64,000 nucleotides of DNA from Chara braunii (Eukaryota > Plantae > Charophyceae): contig BFEA01000024.1 of assembly GCA_003427395.1 (NCBI GenBank), forward strand, positions 4,723,377 to 4,787,376, written 5' to 3'. Each line of letters opens with the position of its first letter. The first letter of the stretch is position 1. This document shows positions 1 to 12,256 of this stretch, piece after piece. The position numbers and the translations under genes are program-made. The notes below the pieces were generated by a model. That model searched no databases, had not been told where the DNA came from, and saw only the letters and a program-made list of their open reading frames with translations.

Positions 1-121
1 CCTGCAGGGCTTTCTTCTTGGCCTCCCTCTTCTCTTTTCTCTCTTGCAGGATGGCGGCCATCTTCGCCTCCTCCTCCTTTGTGTACGGCATAGTGGAGGT
101 GCCGCGCCGGGTGTCTACCAT
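1..121 (-). CDS. gag: N-terminus of a putative gag ORF (partial)
   Basis: Translates as MVDTRRGTSTMPYTKEEEAKMAAILQERKEKREAKKKALQ. It lies downstream of the PBS and has the same K/E-rich start as the gag N-termini of the other two elements. Confidence 0.6.
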   Translation of the reverse strand, partial: MVDTRRGTSTMPYTKEEEAKMAAILQERKEKREAKKKALQ

Positions 122-784
122 GGTGGTGTCAGGTGCACGACAAGGGTCCCACTCCTCACCACTTGGACCTACCCGGACGCACTGACCTACTGACTGACTC
201 CCTAAGGACCACAGGGTAAGACCCTGTCAACTATGGTCACTACCAACCCAAGACTAGACAGGACGACGTGATCAGCTTGGTTCCTTTGGCGATTTCAGCC
301 CACAACTCAACCGTTCCAGCCTACTGTGCCACACCGAGCAGCCCGCCGGTCTGTACCGGTCCTTGAAGGGGTTCGTATCCCTCGGGACAGTCGAGTCGTC
401 AGACACAGATCATCAGTTGTAATAGGTCCGGTAGGGGAGTGGCTCAACCAGGCCTCACCACTTAAAGACGGCCCTCGTTTCAGCCNNCAGCTCGGAGTTC
501 AGACCCTCTACACTGAACTCAGTAGACCTGCCGGACAGTACCGATCATTGGGCTAGACGAGTTGTTTAACGAGCGCTCGCCGCTCATGCCCAGGTCTCCA
601 GATGCCAAAGTAAAGCTTTGGTCCTACTAAGCCCGTGTAGGTTTGGCAGCAAGGCCCTATCCTTCATCCACAGAGTTCTAACACCTAGGACAGAAGAGAC
701 TCAATGCAGAAAGGAAGACAAACAGACTCAACTCAACAAGTACCGTAGGGGTGTGCACATCCATAGGGTAAGGGGATAGGCTAA

Positions 785-972
785 GGGGTCAACGAGATAT
801 CACCAACTCCAGCTTGGTCAAAATCTTGGTCAGCAGCCCCGGTCAACGCCTCGGTCAACGCTGAATCAACACGGTCAACCCCAGTCAACGCTTGGTCAAC
901 CACCTTGGTCAACGCCTAGTCAACCCTTTGGTCAACCCTCTGGTCAACGGTCTGGTCAACGCTCGGTCAACT
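785..972. repeat. Array of GGTCAAC/AGTCAAC motifs with ~12-nt period
   Basis: About a dozen (G/A)GTCAA copies; the reverse complement is TTGAC(C/T). Confidence 0.85.
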
Positions 973-1525
973 CCTTACCTCGGCTATGGCTGCCAGCACC
1001 TTCAACTTCATCACCCTCGCCGTCTACTTCCCATTCCTTCACTTTCTTTCTTCTTCTCTTTCGCTTTTTTTTTTTTTTTTTTTTCACCCCCGGCTATGTC
1101 TGTCTTCTTCTTCAACCTCCTCCTTCCACACCTCTTCTTCTCTCTCCTTAGTCCCTCCTCTGTCCTCCCTTTCTCTCTCCTCCGGTACTCTTTGTCAACG
1201 CTCCGCGGCTATGGCCGCCGTCTTCCTTCTCCAACGGACTCCGCAATCTCGCCTTACAGGTAAGTGACAACCAATCTTGGATCGCTCATCTCTCTCTCTC
1301 TCTCACTATCTCTCGCCGTAGCCGTATCTTCAGCGCAGCATGTAAGAGCCCAATCTTGTATCTCTCGTCTCTCTCTCTCTCTCTTTGTCGTGGTCTTCTT
1401 GTTGCAGGTGCGCGGCGTCTTCTTCCACCTCGAGGTCCGCTATGGCGGACTGCCACCTCCGGCGGTCACTTCAGCTACGGCCCATCGGCCCCGCACACAT
1501 CGCGCGCGTGGAACAGCGGGTACCT

Positions 1526-1537
1526 GCTCCAATACCA
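1526..1537 (-). other. Primer-binding site (tRNA-iMet type)
   Basis: TGGTATTGGAGC versus canonical TGGTATCAGAGC, 1 nt from the LTR CA end. Confidence 0.7.
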
Positions 1538-1538
1538 G

Positions 1539-2310
1539 TGCAATCAGCCTCGACTTCGTCACACTTCGACATGCATGCAAACAGCGAAACAGCAAACTGG
1601 CGACATGCGCCCACACAGTACTCGAAGATATCGTAACCAGATAAGAGTTCTCTTCCAACTGGCTATGGCAACTGTGCGCCCACGCAACTCACTGTTCGTA
1701 CTCTAGATCACCTTGGATGTCCCACGCGAAACACTCTGCACTTACACGCGACACACACACACACTCACTACTAACTACAGCTATGGCAGTTGTCGCTGCG
1801 TCTAACCTATCGCTATATTAACTCCCCCTCTCTAGCCCAGTGCGTCCTCCGGGCTCATCTGCAGACCTCCTTGCACAAGTCGTTGTGGCAGCGCTTCCGC
1901 ATGGCTCACGCAGGAATGAATGAATGGCTGGGCGTTGCCTCTTGATTTATACTTCAAAAACTCGTTGGTCTGCCCTTTGCCATCGGCCCTTGATGCTCAT
2001 AGTCCCCCTGTGGTACTTGCTGGACCGGACTGGGACTGACTGGACCCTCTGCTAACTGACTGTGGACTCACCGCTATCCTACCGACGTTGTACTGCTGTT
2101 GCACTGCGGTTTAGTCCACCACTTGCCTCACTGCTTGACCACTTGCCCACTTGCCTACCTTCTAGAAGGTCTACAGCTAAGCTTCAGGAACTCACTAAGA
2201 CTCCTACGCTATAGACCTACAGATCGAACCCCTGCTGTTTATGGACCTACGGCAGGCCTACCAACTGCCTACGAATACACAGGTCACAGGTTCAATTCTC
2301 GGGGTCTACA
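1539..2310 (-). repeat. 5' LTR of element A
   Basis: TG...CA termini next to the PBS. The partner LTR is outside the window, so the 2310 end is inferred. Confidence 0.6.
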
Positions 2311-2664
2311 CAGATACTGTACATGGGTAGGGTGAGGTCTAGGGATCGAACCCTGGGTACTGCATCACCACTGCTAAAAGGTGAAAACCGTTTCAAATGG
2401 AACCAGCGGGCCTAGCTCACATGCTGGATGGAGAGGCTAGTGTGTTGTTGCTGTGACAGACGAAGGAAAACAGATGCAAAACTACCTGAGGATAGGGGCT
2501 TCAGTCCTTCAGCAGCGACAATGAGAAAAGCAGGCTTGATGCCAAGGGAGCCTGGTGGTAAATCTAATAATATACCTTAGCACCCTACCTGACCCAGGTG
2601 TATTAAACTGCAAATCCACAAATGATGGTTTGAATCCGTCCTTAGCCTACTTGCTTGGCAAGTT

Positions 2665-3094
2665 TGCAACAAACCGCTCAGTTCGACACCAATGAGTGCA
2701 CACAATCACACAACATGCATGAATGAGATCACACGAAGTTCACACTGGAGGCCAGAGAGATGAAGACCAGCTAGCGCAGCTTTAGAATTCCAACAAATTA
2801 TAATACAAGCAATTAAGAGTTTCAGTCATAGGCGCTCAACAGCGCAAACCCAAGTATCCAGTATCTCCACTCAGGTATGTAACTCTTTTGAAGCTCCTCT
2901 CTCCTCTCTCGGTCTTCTCTCAGTCTATTGCCTCTCTGTGTCTTCCCTCCGTACTTGCATGCACTCACACAACTTCTACTACTCAAGGACCAACTCTGAA
3001 TACACCCACTGCTATGCCTACTAACCCTCCTGAAGTCTACTACTAATCTACTAACACTCTGCAGTGGCGCAACTATGGCTGCCTTCTCCCTGCC

Positions 3095-3176
<82 letters not shown>

Positions 3177-3672
3177 AAGGACCAGCATTTCCACACTTCA
3201 TGCGAATGAGCTCTCCCCCCAATGAGGAGGCTGGCCAGTCCTTACATTGTCTTGGACCGCACTTCAACTCGTGCCAGCCGATGTTTCTTGGGCTTGACTG
3301 GGTTCCGGTACCACATCCCCACGGCCTGTCTGCTTTCGAATGTCAGGGCCTGGAACCTTCCCGAATTTCCATTGGTGTGCTGCTGCTTGGCCCTTTGAGT
3401 CACGACTTTTTGATTATCACACATGGTTTTGACTGTGGACTGTGACTCCTGCCTCTGGGACACGACTCTTGCCTGTGGAAGTGTCCTTTGCTCGTGGGAT
3501 GTGACTTTCCAACATGACTCTTCATTATGAGACGTTATTTTTCCCTTGAGATGTGACTGTTTGTCGGGTGCCTGTTGGACCTGGCTGCTACCGTACCCGA
3601 CTGTGACTTTTCTTGGCCAGGGCCTCTGACCCTGAAACTCAAATTTGGGTCTGAACCGTGGAAGGCCTTTCA
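2665..3672 (-). repeat. 3' LTR of element B
   Basis: Near-identical to 9804-10388 apart from an extra ~445-bp block; preceded on the minus strand by the purine tract GGCCGGCGAGAG. Confidence 0.9.
3097..3172. repeat. (CT)n microsatellite
   Basis: Direct read. Confidence 0.98.
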
Positions 3673-3769
3673 CTCTCGCCGGCCTAGTTTCAAGATCCTC
3701 CAAGAAAATTACCAATTTTATCTGTCTATTATGTTAACTCCTCTCTTAGCTCTTTCACAATAGGACACA

Positions 3770-6700
3770 ATATGAGGTGCTGTTTCTATTAGTTCATCTC
3801 TTGAAAACCAGCGATCTGCTGAAGGTTCCTGATAGGCAAACCTAACCTAATATTGTCGCTATGGTCTACCCCTGCGTCCACATCTGTAGCCATCTTCCCC
3901 AACAATCCTATCCACATCATACTTTCCATCCATATCAGGGGGAATCATAGATCTGTGTGACGGAAATATGTCATTACTAACGCCAGGAAGTAATTTTGAA
4001 GCGTGGAACACCGGATACGTGTGCAAGTGAGGAGGGATTTCGACAACATACAAAGGACTATCCACATCACCGATTACATCCAGAATCTGCCACGGTCCTC
4101 TATAGGCAGGTAAATGTTCTCCTCAGGGACCAAATCTCCTACAGCAAATTCTGAGGGTCTGCGGTGTTTGTTAGCTTGTTCGATCATCTGATGTTGTGCC
4201 TTACTAATATTTTCTTTAACTTTTTCCAGATCTTTCTGATACCGAACAGCAAATTCCCTGGTTTCTGGCGAAAGTTTTGTACTTGATCAGGGTTTAGACA
4301 GTCAATGGGTCTACGTGGGCGCCATCCAAGATGTAGTTCAGTCGGTGTTCTAGAAGACAATAGTCAATTTAGAACCGTATACCTTCATCAGTTGCTGCCA
4401 TTGCTCACTTGTGAACCGTGAATCCCTATCACTTACAATAGTCGAGAGATGCCCAAAATCCTTCACCCAATGATTAAAGAATTCCCTAATCACCAAATCA
4501 GTTCTTACTTCCCCAGGGAGTGGAACAAACATAGCAAATTTGCTAAAGCGACCTACTATCTCCATAACCTGACTTTTCCATTTCTGCTCTTTATCTTAGT
4601 GTCCATAAAGTCTATAGACACGGAGTCCCCGGGTCCCGACACAATAGGTAGCGATCTGAGTAAATCCAAGGGGAGGCTGTGTGGAACTCTTGTTCCTCTG
4701 ACATACCTGACAGCCTTGCACATAGGAAATGCAGTCACTATTCATTCCCGGCCACGTGTAGGAGCGTAGGAGGTTAGCATAAGTCTTCCTCCATCCGAAG
4801 TGCCCCTCAGTATCGTGATTTTCCCCAAGTATTATGCTACGAATTTCCTCGCTGTTCTGAACACATAGTCGGTCATGGACATTTGTCTTTTCAAACAGCA
4901 CTCCGGGACTTCGTGAGGTGTCGTCTGCACCTTGCCAATCAACTGGCTATATATTGGATCACTCTCGTAGGGAGACTTAATCTTCTCCTGCAGTTTGGGG
5001 CTTGCATCTAGATATGTCACAATCGCACCAAAAAAAACAGCTCTTTTTCTCAATGCGTCAGCGACAACATTGTACTTCCCCTTTACTGGCTTAGGTTCAA
5101 AGTCAAACTGATCGATCTCCCCAACCAGCTTGGGTGTCATCCGAGCCTGGGTCTTTAGCCAGCAAAATGTTTCATGATCCAAATAGACTTTAAAGCGGCA
5201 TCCTAGCAGATAATGTCGCCAATGGTTCAATGCTTCCAATAGAGCGAATAACTCTATCTCATAGGTAGAAGCAACGACCTTTTCGCTAGGCAGTCTGCAA
5301 GACATAAACTCTACAGGCCTGTACCCATTCCCATCATCTTGCTGGAGTACAACACCGATCCCGTATTGACTGGCGGCAGTGGTTACGACAAAAGGCAGAG
5401 ATGGGTCTGCAACCTTCAACACCGGGTAGTTAATAAGGCACTTCTTTAGACGCTTAAAGGATGCAGTGCAGTCCTGATCCCATTACCAGATAGTTTCCTT
5501 CTTCAACAGTTTACGTAATGGAGCAGCAATTACCGTAAAGTTAGTAAAGTTCCGAACGAACTTGCGGTAATAGTTGGCCGGACCAAGGAACGAACGCAGT
5601 TCCGTCGACGTACTTGGGTTAGGCCAATCTCTAATGGGTGCAATCTTGGCGTCCTCCGGCTTGATTCCATCATCATCTACCATCTGTCCCAAGTAAAGGA
5701 CCTAATGCTTTGCCCACTCACACTTCTTCGGGTTAATCTTAAATTTCCCCTCTCGCAGTTTATTAAGCACCACTCGAAGGTGCTCCTCATGTTCACTCGG
5801 TCTCTTACTAAAAATCAGTATATCGTTTAGATAAACAACAACAAACTTGTCAAGCCAATCACGAAACAACTCATTCATGCATCGCTGAAAGGTTGCGGAG
5901 CATTCGTCAATCCAAACGGCATCACCGCAAACTCATAGTGGCCGTACCGGGTCCGAAAAGTCGTTTTATGTTGATCCTCAAGCAACACCTCAATCTGATG
6001 GTAGCCTGATTTCAAATCTATTTTCGAAAAATATATGTAACCTTGTACTCGGTCAAGAGATGATATATTTGTGGTAAAGGTTCAGCATTTTTAACGATTA
6101 TTGCATTGAGTCCCTTACAGTCTATGCACATACTAAGTTCGCCGCCCTTCTTTGGCACAAACAGAACTGGTGCACCAAATGGTGAGGAACTTGGTTTAAT
6201 CCACCCCTTCTCAAGTAACTATCCAATTACTTTCGCAGTTCATCAAGCTTTTTTGGACACATCCTATAGATAGGGCCCTTGGGAATCCGGCTACCGGGTT
6301 CTAGCTCTATCCGGTGCTTGGTTTCTCTCTCAACCACTCCACTTGGGGCCTCTCCAACATCGACAAACTCAACAAGCAACTTCTGCACATTGGGGGGAAT
6401 GGGTTTTTCCTCTTCCTTACTTTCACTCACCGGGCGCACATACGCAACAAACACGGCAAGGTAATTCTTGACCACATGCCAGGCGAACGCGGGGGCACTC
6501 ATGCAGCAGAGGGATAGGCTATTCTCTACGTCAAATGCATGGTACAATTGGATTTTCTTCTTTCCACCTGTAGGGTTAGGCAAACAACATTCATGCTCAC
6601 CCAGTTTCACATCTGCATCGGCGGCCTCACCCCAATCACTCCCTAAAATCATGTCAAAAAGGAGATTGTCCTCCACTAAGAGTGTCAGGGAGTGCTGAAC

Positions 6701-6900
6701 ACGTTCCACTTTTCCCCTGGCCTCCAACCGAAAGTATGCCCTAACCCCTTCAACATAGCTATCTACTACCATTTCTCTATTATCTACTAGCTTACTTATA
6801 ACGGGTTGGTTTAACTTTTGGACCCCTACATCTACAATTAGCAACTGCCCTTTCTTTTTCTTCATTTCGACCCAAACACGGCGACGAGTGATCAGTTCAT
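3770..6900 (-). pseudogene. pol: pol of element B (protease, RT, RNase H, integrase, chromodomain-like end), disrupted by frameshifts and stops
   Basis: Motifs HRIELEPG, YLND (for YLDD, ~5825), ELRSFLG.ANYYRKF, ASQYGIGVVL, HDTEGHFG..KT..CQVCQ, IVSDRDSRFTS, HTYPVFHASKL and YDVDRIV. Confidence 0.93.
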
Positions 6901-7264
6901 CACCTATGCTTGTCAGGGAACCACCTAGAGAAGTCCTAGCACAAGCAATCTCTAGCAGCTAACTAGATGGGGGTCATTTGCTGTCTCAATCTCTGCCATT
7001 GGGACCCCTGAATGGGAGGATGACAATCTCCTTGCATCCAAAGTCCCCGTAGAGGTAACTGCTACCTCTACTAGCTGTTCCCTTTTGGGTACCCGTATTC
7101 GGGACATAAGGGAACAATGTGGTTGGGGTCACCATTTGAAACACTGGACGGCTGCTTTTCGTTCATCCCAAGTTTTCTCATCGATCCCCATTTGTTCCCA
7201 CGGTTTGCCTACAGCGATCCCGAGATGGGGCGGATATGGCCGCTAGTTATTGTATACTCTTCCT

Positions 7265-9213
7265 CTAGCCCAGTAGAGTTGGGGCCTCTACCACCTTGAG
7301 AGGGACCATTGCCCCTACCTCCCACATAGTAGCTACCTTCACTACTACCCCTCTGGGCGGCGGGTCCTCTTCCTCCTCCACGGCCGCGGCCTCCTCTTCC
7401 TCTATCACGGCCTCTTCCTCCTTGTCGCCCTCCCCTGCGGGCTGCAGCAGCTGCATAATCCCCTCGCTGGGCTAAGTGACGATTGCTTTCTTCTTCTAGA
7501 CCATAATCTATCTAGTCATAGATAAATGATTCTGCCCCTCCTCCTTCGAAGGTGAACAAAAGGTTATCTTTCCCAGCTATATTCCCTGAGATTGTACGAT
7601 CTCTCCATTTCTTTCATGCATGGAGATCCTTCCAATAGTGGCAGTATTGGGCTTCTTGCAGAAAACCAGCATGATCAACTGCGATCTTGCTGAACTTTTC
7701 ATAAGTCATGCCTTCTTCTTTAGTCCGGAGATAAAGTTGGGTTCTTAACGGATCTGAGATTGCTCTGGCAAAATTGTTCAGAATCTGCATGGGTGTTAGT
7801 CCATGGTCCGTACACTGCAAGAGTTCATCCATAGTGGCTTTGACCGTTGACGCACTCTTCCACTTACGGTCACCAATGTTTAAGATCAGGGACTCAATCC
7901 TACGGGCCATACTCTTATCCTCAAACCTTTCTCTAAGGGCCCTAAAGAAGTCCTCGATCCGTGTCTGTTGGGAATATAAGACCATGGTTGTGCAGCCACT
8001 CTCCTGCATCAAGGAAATGGCGAAACTCGTCGCATCACCCGCTAGGCACAAACTAGCCACTAGTACGTGGTCCCAATATGGGATCTTTTGCGCATACAGA
8101 TAGGTATCCATCGCAGCTTCCCAGTGAAAAATACTTTCTTCTTTCTTCCCCGTGTAGGTCCAAGGCAACTTTACCTTCATCTTTTGCCTTGACTCCCCCA
8201 CTTCTCTATCCTTCTCTTTCTTGGGACCCTTTCCTTTTTTGTCCCCATCATCTCCATCTACACCTCCATCTCCTCCCCGCCTCCAATCTTCAACTTTCTT
8301 ACTACGGCAGGGTCAGTCAACCTTTTGGTGAGGGCTTTATCTAATTGGTCAACGTACTCAAATATACGATGGTCAATCTGTTCGGAGGCACTGCGCAAGA
8401 AATTATTCCAGACGCCTTTGAATTCCCCTTGGTGCAACTCCATCTGATTTACGGTCCGGTTGAGTGCAGCAAGTTCATTGTTGGTGTGGAGGAGAGTATC
8501 TGTTAGGAGGGAGAGTTGTTCATATGTGGCAGCCTGTTTTCCTTTCTGCTCCTGCAGCAGCTTCTGCAACCTCTCCCCCTCCTCTTTCATCATTTTCTTC
8601 TCATTATACTCTTGCCTTTTTGCCGCCACCATCTTACTATTCAGCTCTGCTTTCTTCTCCTCCAACAACAAATTTTTCTCCGCCTCATCCACTGCTGAAG
8701 CCAGCTTATTAATTATAAAACCATTCTTCTCCTTCTCCGTCTCTTCTGGGAACTCCGTCCGGTAACCAAACTGCTCAATCGAGTTCAGTGTCTCCAGTTG
8801 TCGCATACGAACCGCCCCTGCTTGGCTGCTCTCACCTTTTTCTTCCTTCTTTCCAGCCTTTCTCCCTCTTCTTCTTCTTCTTCTTCTTCTTCTTCTTCTT
8901 CTTCTTCTTCTTCTTCTTCTTCTTTGTTTTCTTCTTCTTTCAATTCTTCCATTAACGTTTTCTCCTTCTCCTTCATCTCCTTCTCCATCTTTTCTTTTTC
9001 TTCTAACAACTTCTTCACTTCCTCCTCCTTCCTTTTCTTTTCCTCCTTTTCTTTTCCTCCTTTTCTTTTTTCTTTTCTGCCAGGCGGCAATCTACCTCTG
9101 CCTGTTCTTCGACTGTCTGGGCCTGTGTTGACTTCCCAAACCTCAACACCACATGTGAGAAGAGGGTTCTCTGAAACCCAAGAGGAAAGATATATCGAAG
9201 GAGAGGTCCCCAC
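7265..9213 (-). pseudogene. gag: gag of element B, frameshifted
   Basis: E/K-rich coiled-coil N-terminus (8258-9213), a capsid-like segment KVKLPWTYTGKKEESIFHWEAAMDTYL...ALRERFED (7614-8201) and an RG-rich segment near 7400. Confidence 0.85.
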
Positions 9214-9788
9214 AGCACAGACAGTGACAGAAATGCGAACATGGGATAGTCATCCATGATTATCAAAGGCACAGGTAATTTCCCTCCACCTCCTCACCAC
9301 GTAGACCTACCCCTACCACTAATTACTAACTTCCGATTGGGTCTGACTGTTGCTGACGGCCGAATACCTCCCCAAAGCTATATATGTACATACTTTTTTT
9401 TTTTTTCAACGCGTTATTTTTTTTTCAACGCGTGGACTGGACTGGTTGCTAATCTCTAGACAAATCGAGTATGCGACAACTTGGACCAGCCTAGCAGCAG
9501 CGACACCAGGGTGAGGGAGGTACCAAACACCAAACAACTTCAGTAAGCAATACAGGTGTTATGGGGGGATGCACTTCACTTCAATGAACGTTCCATTGAT
9601 GAAGCTCCACGGCCGCTCCAGCGATCCAACGCAACAGCAGGTACATAATCACCGCTCACCAGGCTACTTCTTCTTCAGCCTACCTCCCCCTTTCGACAGA
9701 CTTCTCCCCCCTCAACTCTCACTCTTATCTCCCCTTCCCGCCGGCCTTAATCATTGCCAGCGATGTCCAGTGGGTGCAGTGAGCTATG

Positions 9789-9800
9789 GCTCCGATACCA
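9789..9800 (-). other. PBS of element B
   Basis: TGGTATCGGAGC, 3 nt from the LTR end. Confidence 0.9.
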
Positions 9801-9803
9801 GTT

Positions 9804-10388
9804 TGCAATGAACCTCTCAGTTCGACACCAATGAGCGCACACAATCACACAGCATGCATGAATTAGATCACACGGAGCACTTCCACACTTCATGCGAATG
9901 AGCTCTCCCCCCAATGAGGAGGCTGGCCAGTCCTTATATAGTCTTGGACCGCACTTCAACTCGTGCCAGCCGATGTTTCTTGGGCTTGACTGGGTTCCGG
10001 TACCACATCCCCACGGCCTGTCTGCTCTCGAATGTCAGGGCCTGGAACCTTCCCGAATTTCCATTGGTGTGCTGCTGCTTGGGCCTTTGAGTCACGACTT
10101 TTCGATTATGACACATGGTTTTGACTGTGGACTGTGACTCCTGCCTCTGGGACACGACTCTTGCCTGTGGAAGTGTCCTTTGCTCGTGGGATGTGACTTT
10201 CCAACATGACTTTTCATTATGAGACGTGATTTTTCCCTTGAGATGTGACTGTTTGCCGGGTGCCTGTTGGACCTGGCTGCTACCGTACCTGACTGTGACT
10301 TTTCTAAAACTGCCTGACTTGGCCTTTCTTGGCCAGGGCCTCTGACCCTGAAACTCGAATTTGGTTCCGAACCGTGGAAGGCTTTTCA
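9804..10388 (-). repeat. 5' LTR of element B
   Basis: Matches 2665-3672; TGAAAAGCC...TTCATTGCA. Confidence 0.9.
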
Positions 10389-10520
10389 AGTTGACAGAGT
10401 TGCCTGAGTTTCTTAAGAGATTGATGTTAAACCACCAGTACATCCAAACCTCTTTTTGCTGAGGCAGAGTAGAACTGAACACCAAGCTTTGCCCAAGCAC
10501 AAGCAGGCCCTTTCTACTTT

Positions 10521-11096
10521 GGGAAAATTGAATTTGTACCCCACTTAAAGATGGGAATACAGGCTATACCCAGTCCCAGCACCAAGAGGCCGTTCAACTT
10601 TGCATAGTACCCACCTTTTCCCCTGTGCGAAATTGTAGGTGTACCCAATCCCACAGGCCCTGGATTCGGAGCACCAAATTATGTTCATGCCCACCAAGTA
10701 GACCGTTGTGGCCCATCCGGTAGCAGGGTATATGAACGAATTTGGCTGCGCCTCCTCGGGTCCCGGGTATGCCCATAATTTTGTCTGGGTATGTCCATAA
10801 TTTGTGCATTCCAGTAGTTGGTTATAACTGCAATTTTGAGTTACCAACCTGGGTCCACCTCGGTCCTGGGCATGCAAACTATTTCCACCAGCCCTTTTCT
10901 GGGTATAGATGCAAGTTGGTGCTGGGAGTGGGTAGTTGGTTATAACTGCAATTTTGAGATACCAACCTGGGTCCAGCTCGGTCCTGGGCATGCCAAACAA
11001 TTTCCACCAACCGATTTCTGGGTATAGACGCAAGTTAGCTGGGACTGGGTATAGCCAATATTCCCATCTTTAAGTGGGGACCAGATGCAATTTCCC
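10521..11096. mobile_element. MITE with ~60-bp terminal inverted repeats (possibly Mutator-like)
   Basis: CCCCACTTAAAGATGGGAATACAGGCTATACCCAGTCCCAGC (~10539-10580) is the reverse complement of ~11038-11079 with 2 mismatches, and the TIR extends imperfectly to GGGAAA/TTTCCC ends. Internal ~119-bp tandem duplication at 10813-11050. TSD not clean. Confidence 0.8.
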
Positions 11097-12256
11097 TTCT
11101 TTCATTCTGGCTGACGCCACCAGCCATTCTGGTCCGGTGGTGTCCAGCCTCCAAAGAATGAAGAACGCGGTATAGGTTGTATTCACGACTTAGCCTTCCA
11201 CTCTGAAAGGTAGTGGGGGTTTAAGGAGGGGAATTCACGAATTTGATCAAATGCTCTCGGGAGTCAGCCCTGGGACAAACCTGGATGTTACCTTGCTCAT
11301 AGGCTAGTGGATCCAACCAAATGAGATCTAATTCCAGGACGACCCCACCAATAGATGGGGCCATTCAGAGGGGCATATCACAGGGGACTGCTCTTACCAG
11401 CCCCGATGATATCCCCTGGAGTGTTTTTGTGGGAAAAGAAAAGGATGACAAGGGTGGTAAGACTGCATAAGACACTACAGAATTCGCTAGTTCAGACTTC
11501 TCACAAGATGTTGCAGTTCAGTGTGTTCTTAGTCTCTGTCCTATTTCAGGTAATTGTCTATCGTTTCTCCTCACATATGACTGAGCAAGGGGATTTTCCC
11601 CAGTTTCATTGACTGGGTCTTGCGAATCGGGACAAAAGTGTGGTATATGTTGCTCACAGGCTAGCAAATCGGGATAAAATTGTGGCTTATCTTGCTCATA
11701 GGCTAAGGGATCACACAGCTGTCTCACTGAAAGACGCCGGCCAAGTTAACCAGGTTGCTGCAAGACTGGTAGAAACACAACTCAGCAGAGCAGCAACACG
11801 TTCCCATACACATGTAAAACAGATGGAAGACCTGATATGAAGCGAGATTCACACCACATCATCTTTGAGTGTGTGCAGGAACAATTTTTTTTTTTTTTTT
11901 GTTTCAACTAGCACTCCCGAGGAGGATCCATCTATTGGTGGGGAGCAGCACCTGCTGGAAACCGGGTCCATCATGGTCTGCTGAATTGCGACTTCAACCA
12001 GTAGAACACGACTGAAATGATTACTTAGTACTTACTGATTGACATTCATAGATAGGCAAATTGCTAAAACGCAATCTGTTCTTCCTTGCACAAGTTTGTC
12101 AGGCCGTTGTCTGTCCTTACTCTGCACATACTTCAACCCTACATCCCGAAGAACACTGTAGGTAAGTGCGTACCATCCTTGGTTGTAAGGTTAAGTTCGT
12201 GCTTTTGTAGCTCTACCTGGTGACCACAAGCTCCACATAGACACCCTGATCTACAC

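Larger units (their letters stand above)
1..2310 (-). mobile_element. 5' part of an LTR retrotransposon (element A): 5' LTR, PBS, ~1.4-kb leader and start of gag; runs off the window
   Basis: Minus strand reads TGTAGACCCC (2310) ... GGCTGATTGCA (1539), then C, then the PBS TGGTATTGGAGC. A charged coiled-coil-type ORF starts at 121. Confidence 0.75.
2665..10388 (-). mobile_element. Full-length decayed Ty3/Gypsy LTR retrotransposon with chromodomain-like integrase end (element B)
   Basis: Paired LTRs at 2665-3672 and 9804-10388 with TG...CA ends, AGTT duplicated at 2661-2664 and 10389-10392, PBS, PPT, and domain order gag-PR-RT-RH-INT. Confidence 0.95.

Noticed and set aside
2330-2380. tRNA gene on the minus strand (GGGTTCGATCCC)
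   Set aside because: B-box only; no cloverleaf can be built.
2822-3715. ORFs within LTRs (also 9747-10500, 12581-13570, 19498-20440)
   Set aside because: Lie in LTR or leader repeats; their similarity to each other reflects LTR duplication only.
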